Assembly: GCF_900184795.1 (NCBI RefSeq)
Contig: NZ_FXXN01000026.1
Location: forward strand, 314,064-378,063
Source: Magnetospirillum sp. 15-1
GTDB taxonomy: Bacteria; Pseudomonadota; Alphaproteobacteria; Rhodospirillales; Magnetospirillaceae
Reading direction: 5' to 3'
Length of the DNA stretch: 64,000 nt
Shown here: positions 9,001-15,003 of the stretch, one piece after another
Layout of the letters: each line of letters opens with the position of its first letter
How positions within the stretch are numbered: position 1 is the stretch's first letter
Notes under the pieces: model-generated
What the model was told of the DNA's origin: nothing
What the model saw: the letters and a program-made list of their open reading frames with translations, nothing else
Databases searched by the model: none
Made by a program: the position numbers and the translations under genes

Positions 9001-11059
9001 GGGGCGGACGTTTCCCTCGCTCCGGTGGCTGATCTTCAGCGGCGAGGCCTTGCCGGTCCACCATGTGCGGCGATGGTTCGCGGATTACGGTTCCACCTGC
9101 CGTCTCGCCAACCTGTACGGCCCCACCGAGGCGTCCATCGACGTGACCTGCCATGTGATGGACGGGGCGCCCGGTCCCGATACCGTCCGCCTGCCCATCG
9201 GGAAGGCGCTGCCCAACGTGCAGATGTATGTGCTCGATGCGCAATTGCGGCCGGTCCCCGACGGCGAGCAGGGGGAGTTGTGCATCGGCGGAATCCAACT
9301 GGCGGTGGGCTATCTCGATGCCCCCGACCTCACGGCCGCCGCCTTTCCGGCCCGGGCGCTGCCGGGCCTGGTGGGCGGGCGCATCTATCGCACCGGCGAC
9401 ATCGCCATCCGTTCGCCGGACGGCACCTTCGACTATCTGGGGCGTATGGATTCCCAGGTGAAGATCCGGGGGTTCCGGGTGGAGCTGGGCGAGATCGAGG
9501 CGGTACTGCTGCGGCATCCGGCGGTGGACGAGGCCGCCGTCCTGGCCGAGGAAGGCGACGACGGGCACAAGCGTCTCGTCGCCTTCCTCGCCGGCCGCAG
9601 GACGCCCGATGCCGGGATCAAGGAATTCCTGGCGGAACGCCTGCCCCACTACATGATCCCCCACCGCATCGTCTGGCTCGGCCGCCTGCCCAAGAACCCC
9701 AACGGCAAGCTGGACCACCGGGCTTTGAAGGCGGGGCCGGAAATATCGGGTGCGGCGGCTCTGCCCCTCGCCCCGGCGCAAAGATGGCTGGTGCGGCATT
9801 TCCCACGGCCGTACAACTGGTGGGGTTATACGAGGTTCGTCTGCAAGTTCCGGATCGACCACGCAGTCCTTCGGGCCGCCTTCGCTTTCCTGCTGAAACG
9901 CCATCCCGCCCTGCGGACCGTGGTGCGCGAGACCGGCGGGCAATGGGCGCAGGTGGTTCTGCCGCCCGAGAGCCTGGACGATATGAGAATCGAGGTCATC
10001 GACGGTGCCGGTCAGGATGCGGACGGGCGGGACGATCTCCTCGCGGAAAAGGCGCTGGCGCTCTGCGAGGGCTTCGATATCGGAACCTGGCCCCTGGATG
10101 GGGCGATCATCCTGACGCGCGCCGACGGATGGTCGGAGTTCTGCATGGTCAACCATCACATCAACAGCGATTTCGTCTCGAGCGCCGTCCTGTTCCGCGA
10201 GTTCTGGCTGGCTTACGACGCCCTGGCGGCCGGTCGGCCCGTTCCGGCGCCCCCCCCCCCGGCCACGCCCGCCGATCTGGTGAACCACCTGACCGGGCTG
10301 GAGCGCGGCGGCGATCTCGAGCGCGACCTGGCCTACTGGCGGACCGCCCTGGACGGCCTGCCGGCCCGGCCCGCCTTCGCCCCCGATCACCCGGCCGCCC
10401 CCAACACCGAGGCGGAGGCCGGCGGTATCGAGGCCAGGATCGGGGCGCACGACGCCGAAATCCTGATGCGCCAGGGCAAGGCGCGGTTCGGCTGCACCCT
10501 CTACCCGCTGCTGCTGGCCCCGCTCTACCGGGCGATCGCCGAAGAATCGGGCGTCGCCACGGTGGCGGTGAGCCAGCGCATGAGCGGCCGGGACCTGGGA
10601 CCCGGCGGGCCGACGCTGGTCGAGGCGGTGGGAAATTTCGCCGTCCACTTCCCGTTGGTGGTCCGGAATGTGGAGGCCGTGGGCTGGACCGGGCTGGTGG
10701 AGGCCATCGCCGCCGGCCTGTCGGGCGTACCCCGTGGCGGAGTCACCTATGACTGGCTGGGGGTTCCCGGCCTTTACCCGGATGATTCCTTCGCGCCGGT
10801 GCGGGCCAACTATCTGGGGCATCTGCCGGCGCCGTCATCGGACCGCTTCGAGATGCCCGCGCGCCATTACAGCCGGCGCCTCGCCCCCGCCCGGCAAAAG
10901 CGGCCGGCGGTGGTGGAAATCCACTTCGCCGTGGTGCCCGAAGGCATCGACATCTCGCTCACCTGGTCGCGCCTCCAGTACCGCGCCGGCCGGGTCGAGG
11001 GGCTGCTGGAGCTTTACCGCCACCATCTGGACGGATTGCTGGCCGAGGTGGGGGGATAG
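2..11059 (+). CDS. Hybrid trans-AT polyketide synthase / nonribosomal peptide synthetase megasynthase, 5'-partial. The reading frame is open from nt 2 with no stop before the first ATG at 125. Visible domains: KR (about 2-1100, Rossmann motif GGVWLITGGGGGLG); ACP (about 1230-1440, DLGLSSI); C1 (1447-2740, HHISFDG); A1 (2790-4250, YTSGSTGRPKGV); PCP (4330-4560, LGVDSV); KS (4610-5890, DTACSSSLVAVHQAC, with a trans-AT docking linker and no cis-AT, 5890-6350); ACP (6370-6600, LGLDSIRL); C2 (6620-7950, EHLISDG); carrier (8000-8200, FGLDSLMMV); A2 (8230-9740, YTSGSTGRPKGVV); C3 (9760-11059, HHINSDF).
   Basis: One 3644-aa ORF carrying canonical KR, carrier, condensation (HHxxxDG variants), adenylation (A3 core YTSGSTGRPKG, A8 GRxDxQVKIRGxRIELGEIE) and ketosynthase (DTACSSS, HGTGT) motifs. 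No AT domain follows the KS, while discrete AT genes lie nearby, so this is a trans-AT system. Frame 2 has no stop codon between nt 2 and 125. Confidence 0.9.
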   Translation, partial: PVQAVFLLAPAPEIAAALRGAGIAIEAPAAADGDDLSRIEAMRRNALAALAAGKPLASVGWTDDPLGLAGAAMLAALAAEEPGLKLVSAAVEPELRHSAHLAEALATVLGAFELGHREWRIGLGGDGRPVWRTRRFLAVETAPAVPPPQGGVWLITGGGGGLGAIFARHLARTGAALALVGRRPPDQGIQALLAELRRMGARAEYRAADVADSGSLGAALGQLRTLLGPFTGVIHAAGVLDDRRFGDKTAESFRRVVSPKVVGARLLDHLTEADPLEHFVLFSSAAPWMGGAGQTDYAFANRYLDEFALWRERRRRDGGCPGRTIAIDWTLWRDGGMRPDSAALEMLSRETGLDALAEAAGTAAFDRALALAGAQVLVASGPSDAPALCRLRGEAPPTRPGAQLAARPLVEIVVEAMRLDTPPEPHQDLRDLGLSSITAIRLVNLLKECFGTAPRVGDILANPTLAALSATVATAAPRPESPFSEGQKALWTHYRLAPDSAAYNMPLALRLDPAVDAARLRDAVLRVAAATPALRARFKDDSPEPVQVADDRPPEVALTRLGAVAEADLTEMLRRAAKAPFRLEEEPAFRAHVFVDAEPGPILLAVFHHISFDGVSIQLFLDALGAALADRPVPPAAPYADFVDWQRRHLASAEAERELEWWRSELAAPIAPLDLPTPLRPRPSRPGSDGATLAVTLDPALVTGMREAARRTGVTPFTVALAACRTLLATYVEGGPVRLAVPVTLRPEPALAGTMGHLVNMVVIGDQTRPDEDVASSLRRLGGKVTAALDRSGVPFSMVQRAVAEARGRPTALSEMFHGAFYYQDWLARTPAGNGFSYRPLPGIHHEGEFELVVEVFAAADTTELRVKYDPLRIDPGTARLLADRYVGLLERLVADSASTLARLAAPTPREAERLSAWNRTEAAHDLDDTLIPRFRRQADASPDREAVACRGRSFTYRDLDAASAAFARTLAARGIGRGDRVGILLERSVDLVAALLGVMRSGAAYVPLDPAYPMERLAYMVSDSGMAAIATGPALADRARELGAEPVMVPGADDAGTDGAGTGGEPPAPRSSDTAYVIYTSGSTGRPKGVAVSHGNLINFLLSMAARPGLSAEDRLLAVTTICFDIAGLELYLPLLVGATVDVATEDVARDGVRLRRQLESGPISVMQATPATWQMLLAAGWRPNLRRMLVGGEALPRVLAERLGGGDGLWNVYGPTETTIWSTAGKVDIGGRVTVGTPIDNTRIAVVDAAGEVVPVGAVGELLIGGAGVAQGYWRQADLTADRFVDRGGPDGLVAKWYRTGDLARLLADGSLEILGRNDQQVKLRGHRIELGEIESTIMRHLGDADCAVVLRRDGGGAEMLTAFYVPGTDDPPPARRMRMLGRWLPDHMIPAGWVKLAALPRTDNLKTDRKALAEWSDTGCATAPAAPPARSPITAAGLGTGEIETALAGIVAARVGHDITPADLASPFVSLGVDSVRVVDVVRDVNARFGLDLTPTDVFNHPSLAALAGRIATLMPAAPPVRGTAGPVPAGTGDVAVIGYAARFPGARNAGNFWRNLAAGRCSITETPASRWRWQDIFDPRPQNPGTSYSKWGAYLDDIEMFDAPFFGMLEFEASRTDPQQRLFLEMAWMALEDAGYSGAAVDGAGCGVFAGAAFGDYHRLVEKAGHYDAFSMLGASPSLLPARIAYLLNLTGPTVAVDTACSSSLVAVHQACQSLNAGECAMALAGGVYLSVTPLAQMISAAAGILSADGTVRPFDAQAGGIAIGEGAGVVVLKPLDRALADGDTVRAVIRGSGVNQDGRTNGITAPNALSQAALIASVAERGGIDAGRISYIETHGTGTRLGDPVEIDGIRRALGGGTCALGSVKANIGHAYQAAGIAGLIKLILCLEHRQIPPQIGLSTINPLLRLDDGGLRIPRVLEDWNAGPTRIGGVSSFGFSGANAHVLVEEAPAPPPVPPPASGDVPDEVIVLSALDEDRLRAMAANLRERLEAAGPSLADVAHTLQAGRAVFACRLGFIARSTHEAAAALAAFAAGDPTGPRSVTVVPGRTMVGAADPTSQLAAWMAGDTVDWAIRRARHPARRIPLPGSVLRPVRCWIDAVREVEAPAPRPAAPPPPRDGSPPPVLSILAEYCSLRPQDLTPETHLEADLGLDSIRLMGLAARLVAVGIDIPMAKLAQARLVGDLAALAGASPPPPAPSRTESEPRVIPLLDAQMLFLLGHHLIDSSSLCSWVRLGGSFDLELARRAWQALVDRAPALRIAFTRPPGGERLGDIGAVLWPAESRTVPTLELEELSADAGGQARLQAFFDTQLNREWDLVGWPLHQFQVLRLGTDDHILAFTNEHLISDGIGNQAALRGFLEIYGALAEGREPSWNEGLDDGAYVALVEAMNARCFPDVGVGTGDGGAPYSWNPESRAIDDFRPLFTNRTHVFETGHTDRLKHAAERLGVSMNSLLVTAFARAARSTDGRGGDGVAVQVPTAGRTVGGHDAGRILGCFAQNLTATLPEGDWAEAARRFADMLAEDMAGHRDWAITRQLAGTAGREVPLVDGRVPDVLRSAFRSRLRSNLYAPYVGETGIAARYGGLAVAGYRAGTVNAAGTIDLLHEIFRGRLHSSWNWDAKFFPAQVIERLEAAFLSELDHAIAAAEDVPVPPRPSDVPSADGRLETLKALASEVCGQEITDVHADLEVNFGLDSLMMVRLVTRLPAGWLAGVERGRLLTARSLAGILARLDGASAPMPAATPIEAITAQAARTPDAVAIVGGKERLTYAEMDRLGTRVAEALVARGVKAGDIVAVLLAPGPSFLVAVQGILKAGAAYLPMDPSHPGDRLAFIAGHSKAGILLTEPGLRELAAHAAAHGVEPVLVDDLTGWTGGPRPALPAIDPQAPMVVLYTSGSTGRPKGVVLNHQGYANRLAWHQERFRLQPGEAVLHKTSAGFDISVWELFWPLMFGGTVHALERATAQNPWALADYVQAHSIAVMHFVPSMFGEFLGALSGEGRTFPSLRWLIFSGEALPVHHVRRWFADYGSTCRLANLYGPTEASIDVTCHVMDGAPGPDTVRLPIGKALPNVQMYVLDAQLRPVPDGEQGELCIGGIQLAVGYLDAPDLTAAAFPARALPGLVGGRIYRTGDIAIRSPDGTFDYLGRMDSQVKIRGFRVELGEIEAVLLRHPAVDEAAVLAEEGDDGHKRLVAFLAGRRTPDAGIKEFLAERLPHYMIPHRIVWLGRLPKNPNGKLDHRALKAGPEISGAAALPLAPAQRWLVRHFPRPYNWWGYTRFVCKFRIDHAVLRAAFAFLLKRHPALRTVVRETGGQWAQVVLPPESLDDMRIEVIDGAGQDADGRDDLLAEKALALCEGFDIGTWPLDGAIILTRADGWSEFCMVNHHINSDFVSSAVLFREFWLAYDALAAGRPVPAPPPPATPADLVNHLTGLERGGDLERDLAYWRTALDGLPARPAFAPDHPAAPNTEAEAGGIEARIGAHDAEILMRQGKARFGCTLYPLLLAPLYRAIAEESGVATVAVSQRMSGRDLGPGGPTLVEAVGNFAVHFPLVVRNVEAVGWTGLVEAIAAGLSGVPRGGVTYDWLGVPGLYPDDSFAPVRANYLGHLPAPSSDRFEMPARHYSRRLAPARQKRPAVVEIHFAVVPEGIDISLTWSRLQYRAGRVEGLLELYRHHLDGLLAEVGG

Positions 11060-11061
11060 GG

Positions 11062-11403
11062 TCAGACTTCCCAGTGTTCCTGGGCCTGGCCGTTCTCGAC
11101 CCGGAAGATATCCACCACCTCGATGGGCGAGGCGTAGCCGGGCGGCGGATTGGCCATGAACACCTTGCCGCGCACCACCACCAGATTCCCGATTTCGACG
11201 ATCCCGGTCATCTCGACCCTGAGGTCCGGCGACATTTCCAGATACCGGCCGAAGGCGGCCTTGAACCCCGCGCGCCCTTGCGGCACGCCGGCGGTATTCT
11301 GGATGTAGCCGGCGGCGATCAGCTCGTCGGCGGCGGACAGGTCGTGGGCATTGAAAATGTGCTCCCAGATGGCCGTCACCACCTCCTTGGGGGAAAGGGT
11401 CAT
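11062..11403 (-). CDS. SnoaL-like / NTF2-fold protein (polyketide cyclase or ester cyclase-like), about 113 aa
   Basis: C-terminal 113 aa of ORF 11062..11853, starting at Met MTLSPKEVVTAIWEHIFNAHDLSAADELIAAGYIQNT. Matches the NTF2-like SnoaL family pattern. Convergent with the megasynthase stop (2-nt gap). 4-nt overlap with the upstream ECH gene. Confidence 0.5.
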   Translation of the reverse strand: MTLSPKEVVTAIWEHIFNAHDLSAADELIAAGYIQNTAGVPQGRAGFKAAFGRYLEMSPDLRVEMTGIVEIGNLVVVRGKVFMANPPPGYASPIEVVDIFRVENGQAQEHWEV

Positions 11404-12209
11404 GGGTTGGGCTCCTTGCCGTCGGTTAAGGTCGGGGACGCCCACGGCGCCATCCCGGTTTCCAGATAGCGCCACAGGCTGGCGCGCAACGCGGGGCGGT
11501 CGGTAAGCCCGGTGATGGCGTCGACCGCGCGGGCTTCGTCCGCCGGGTCCATGGGAAGGCCGCCGTGAAAGAGGGCCTTCACCACCGCCGCGGACCCGGC
11601 CGGCAGCCGGCCGAGGCGAAGCGACAGGCGCCTTACGGCACCATCGACCGAGCCATCGGCCACGATCTCGTCCACGAGACCGTGCGTTTCCGCCGTCGTC
11701 GCGGTGACCGGCTCGGTGGTCAGCGCCATGGCGGCTGCGCGATGGGCGCCGATCCGCCGTTTCAGGTAGAGGCCGGCCAATGCCGGGACCAGCCCCCATA
11801 GCGCCTCGGGCAGGGCGAAGCGGGCGGCGGGCGTGGCGATCACCCGATCGCACGCGGCGGCAAGGCCGACGCCGCCGCCGAGAGCGGCTCCTTCCACCAC
11901 CGCCACGGTGACCAGCGGCGATCCGGCCAGCCGGCGCAATACGCCGGCGAAAGCCTCGTGCAGTCTCCGGCTGGTCTGTCCGTCGGGCAGGTTGACGACA
12001 TCGCGGAAATCCATGCCGGAGCAGAATTCGTCCTTGCCGCCCTCCACGGCCAGCAGCACCGCGCCCTGCTCGGCCGCCCGGTCGAGGACCGCCGACAATT
12101 CGCCCAACATCGCCATGGAAAGGGCATTGCCGGAGTCAGGGCGCTTCAGGGCGACCCGCCAGGCGCGTCCGGTGACGGCGACGTCGAGCGTGCTCCAGGT
12201 TCCGGCCAT
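11400..12209 (-). CDS. Enoyl-CoA hydratase/isomerase (crotonase) family protein, the ECH of the HMGS beta-branching cassette
   Basis: 269 aa with a crotonase fold signature (VAVVEGAALGGGVGLAAACDRVIA). Positioned directly downstream of the HMG-CoA synthase homolog, as in pksH/pksI-type cassettes. Confidence 0.8.
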   Translation of the reverse strand: MAGTWSTLDVAVTGRAWRVALKRPDSGNALSMAMLGELSAVLDRAAEQGAVLLAVEGGKDEFCSGMDFRDVVNLPDGQTSRRLHEAFAGVLRRLAGSPLVTVAVVEGAALGGGVGLAAACDRVIATPAARFALPEALWGLVPALAGLYLKRRIGAHRAAAMALTTEPVTATTAETHGLVDEIVADGSVDGAVRRLSLRLGRLPAGSAAVVKALFHGGLPMDPADEARAVDAITGLTDRPALRASLWRYLETGMAPWASPTLTDGKEPNP

Positions 12210-12217
12210 TCCCGCCC

Positions 12218-13483
12218 TCAGCTCCAGCCGTAGATGCGGTGATAATCCTCGATCCCCTTCAGCACCAGAAGCCCCCTGTCCTTGAATCGCTGATCATAGA
12301 TGTCGCGGAACGGCGAAATATCCACCTCTCCGTCCTTGACGCCGAACAGCCACGGGGCGTTGAGGTCGAGGATGCGGTCATAGTCGGGGATGGAGAGTTT
12401 GCGCCGCGCCGCCAGTTGGGCCTGCGTCCCCATGGACCGCATCCTTTCCGCCGACCGGGCATCGGCGACCCCCGAAAAGAACTCGGACGAACACCCCGAT
12501 CCGTAGGAGAACAGGCCGATGCGCTTGGGCAGGGTGAAGTCCATCCCGTCGAGAAGGCCGGCGAGCGCGATGAAGACCGTGGCGGAATAGGCGTTTCCCA
12601 CCTGCGCGCAGAATTGGAGCGACGGCGCCACCCTCCGATCGAAATCCGCGTCGATTTCCGCCGGGGCCATCTTCTTGAGCCGGCGCAGCATGGTGCGGTG
12701 GGCGCCCTTGACCATGCCCGCGAAGGGGGTGTGGAAGGCGAGCGCGCCGAAGCTTTGGAGGAAATCCGCCCCGTCCACCCGCGCCGCATAATCCGCGAAG
12801 GCGCCGTCCAGGCATTCCAGATAGGCCATCAGGGACAGGTCGGCATTTCCGGTTTCTATCTCGGCGGTGGGGCGGCAGGTGTCCATCACCTCGTAGCTGC
12901 ACAGGCCGTTGGCGCCCAGGTCCAGGTCCAGGATCACCGGCCTGTCGCTGACCAGCATGGCCGCCGCGGCGACCCCCTGGGATGGTTCGGCGTAACCGAG
13001 CTTGACCGACGGACGGGCGACGTCCGTGGCGATGACCAGCGCCGTCCGTCCCGGCATCAGCCCGGAGGCCACCTGATTCGTCGCCATCTGCAGGGCGGCC
13101 GTCGCCCCGTAGCAGGCCTGCTTGACCTCGAACACCCGGCAGGACCGGCTGAGCCCCAGATGGTCGTGAACGTAGGTGGCCAGCGCCTTGCCGAAATCGA
13201 TGCCCGATTCGGTCGAGGTCACCAGGAGGGCGATGGACGCGCGTTCCTCGTCCGACAGGCGGTCGATGATGGGCTTGGCGGCATTGACCGCGTTGGTCAC
13301 GGCATCCTCGCAGGGCAGGTTCACCGCCTTGCGCCGCATCATCAGATTGGCCTGGCGGGCGGGGTCGAGGCCCCGCGCCACGAACAGATCGTCCACTTCG
13401 ATGAAGGCCTGGGTACCGTAGACGCTCAAGTATTCGATGCCGACGCGGCGTTCGTTTCCGTCCATCCCGTCCTCATTTCCCAA
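12218..13483 (-). CDS. HMG-CoA synthase-like protein (HCS/PksG family) for polyketide beta-branching
   Basis: 421 aa with HMGS family motifs (VGIEYLSVYG at the N-terminus, catalytic Cys context EVKQACYGATAAL, NAYSATVF). The alternative start MDGNERR is 18 nt downstream. Confidence 0.85.
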   Translation of the reverse strand: MGNEDGMDGNERRVGIEYLSVYGTQAFIEVDDLFVARGLDPARQANLMMRRKAVNLPCEDAVTNAVNAAKPIIDRLSDEERASIALLVTSTESGIDFGKALATYVHDHLGLSRSCRVFEVKQACYGATAALQMATNQVASGLMPGRTALVIATDVARPSVKLGYAEPSQGVAAAAMLVSDRPVILDLDLGANGLCSYEVMDTCRPTAEIETGNADLSLMAYLECLDGAFADYAARVDGADFLQSFGALAFHTPFAGMVKGAHRTMLRRLKKMAPAEIDADFDRRVAPSLQFCAQVGNAYSATVFIALAGLLDGMDFTLPKRIGLFSYGSGCSSEFFSGVADARSAERMRSMGTQAQLAARRKLSIPDYDRILDLNAPWLFGVKDGEVDISPFRDIYDQRFKDRGLLVLKGIEDYHRIYGWS

Positions 13484-14756
13484 TGGCGGCGCGGATCACC
13501 ACCGCCGTATGGATGCCGCCGAAACCGAAGGAGTTGCTGACCATGGTGCCGATGGCCGCGTCGCGCGGCCCGGCCCCCACCAGATCGAGCCGGTCGGTGA
13601 CCGGATCATCGAGATTGCGGTTGGGATGGAGGAAGCCCTCTTCCATCTGAAGGATCGCGGCCACCGCCTCGACCAGCCCGGCCGACCACAGCCCGTGGCC
13701 CAGCAGACCCTTGGGCGCGTTGACCGCCACCCGGTGGGGCCCGAACAAGGCGTCCAGGGCCTCGGCTTCCGTCCGGTCGCCAAGGGGCGTGGACGTGGCA
13801 TGCGCGCTTACCGCGTCCACGTCCGCCGGCTCCAGCCCCGCCCGCCGCAGCGCCAGTTCCATCGCCCGAAACTCGGCCGCCCCGTCGGGAACGGTATGCC
13901 CGTTGCCCGAAAGGGCCGCCGCGCCGCCGGCCAGGATGGCGCGCGGCGTCGCTCCGCGCCGGGCGGCGATCTCTCCGGCTTCCAGCACGACGGCCGCCGC
14001 CGCCGCGCCCGGGATGAACCCTTCGGCGGCACGGTCGAAGGGGCGGCAGGCGCGATCCGGTTCCCGGGCGAAGGAATGTCCGCCGATGGCGCCCAGGCTG
14101 GAAAGGGCCTGGTATTCCATGGGTGAAAGATCGGCGGGAGGGGCGATGACGAGGCAGAGGTCGGCGTCTCCCCCCCGGATCATCCTGGCGGCCTGGATCA
14201 GGGCCAGATTGCCCGAGGCCGAGGCGCCGCCCACGGTCATTCCCTCACCCAACAGGCCCAGGACCTCGCTGGCGATACCCAGGGGGAAACTGTCCATGAA
14301 TCCGACCCCCCAGGCGGGCGAAAGCCATTCGGGGGAGTTCCGGAACTTCTCGTGCAGCCGGTATTGCTGGCCGGTGGTGGCGTTCTGGGCGGCAACGACG
14401 ATACCGGCCCGCTCCGGGTCGGGCGGTCCCGCCGTCAGCCCGGCCATGGCCCAGGCTTCCAGCGCGGCGAGCGTCACCGCCTGCACCGTCGGGTCCGCCC
14501 GATGCGCGAGGCGCCGGGTCCGCCGGGCCGCATCGGGCAGGCCCGGCACGAGCTCCGCCAGGGCCGCGGCGAGGTCGATCGGGGGCAACGGCGCCCGGAC
14601 GACGGGAAACGACAGGGGCGCAGGATGCTCGGTCAGGAACGCGGGGGGGAGAGCGCCCTTCAGCCCCTGCGACAGTCGGGCGAGGCCGATGCCGAAGGGG
14701 GTGACGACCCCCATTCCGGTGACGGCCACGCTGCCGGGACGGTCATAGGGCATCAC
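13473..14756 (-). CDS. Ketosynthase of the beta-branching cassette, active-site Cys replaced by Ser (decarboxylating KS-S, PksF/CurC-like)
   Basis: 427 aa FabF-like. The active-site region reads GGASASGNLAL where canonical KS has ACxSG. His motifs ISAHATSTPLGD and GHGLWSAG are present. Stop overlaps the HCS start. Start overlaps the ACP stop. Confidence 0.8.
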   Translation of the reverse strand: MMPYDRPGSVAVTGMGVVTPFGIGLARLSQGLKGALPPAFLTEHPAPLSFPVVRAPLPPIDLAAALAELVPGLPDAARRTRRLAHRADPTVQAVTLAALEAWAMAGLTAGPPDPERAGIVVAAQNATTGQQYRLHEKFRNSPEWLSPAWGVGFMDSFPLGIASEVLGLLGEGMTVGGASASGNLALIQAARMIRGGDADLCLVIAPPADLSPMEYQALSSLGAIGGHSFAREPDRACRPFDRAAEGFIPGAAAAAVVLEAGEIAARRGATPRAILAGGAAALSGNGHTVPDGAAEFRAMELALRRAGLEPADVDAVSAHATSTPLGDRTEAEALDALFGPHRVAVNAPKGLLGHGLWSAGLVEAVAAILQMEEGFLHPNRNLDDPVTDRLDLVGAGPRDAAIGTMVSNSFGFGGIHTAVVIRAAIGK

Positions 14757-14989
14757 CCGCCGCCGAGAACGATGGCGATCTCACCGAGATTGCGGCACCG
14801 GGCGAACCGGGTCATCGGCACCTTGACCGACAGGCGCTCGGCCGCTTCCAGAATGATCTCGGCACGTTCGATGGAATTGGCCCCCAGATCCTTCAGCGAA
14901 TCCTCCGGCCCGAGCCGGCCGGCGGCGATGTCGGGAAGCACCTCGGCCACGCAGGCGGCAAGCGTTTCGAAGATCCGGTGATCCGCCAT
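14753..14989 (-). CDS. Discrete acyl carrier protein (donor ACP of the HMGS cassette)
   Basis: About 79 aa with the phosphopantetheine-attachment motif DLGANSIE. A longer alternative start lies at 15016 (MDGMNMDGQ...) and would overlap the AT-ER stop at 15004. Confidence 0.7.
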   Translation of the reverse strand: MADHRIFETLAACVAEVLPDIAAGRLGPEDSLKDLGANSIERAEIILEAAERLSVKVPMTRFARCRNLGEIAIVLGGG

Positions 14990-15003
14990 CTGCCCGTCCA
15001 TGT

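Noticed and set aside
8417-10822. 801-aa antisense ORF and 710-aa plus-strand alternative frame (8620-10752) over the A2/C3 region
   Set aside because: Low-complexity GC-frame artefacts. The true frame carries A-domain core motifs A3-A10.
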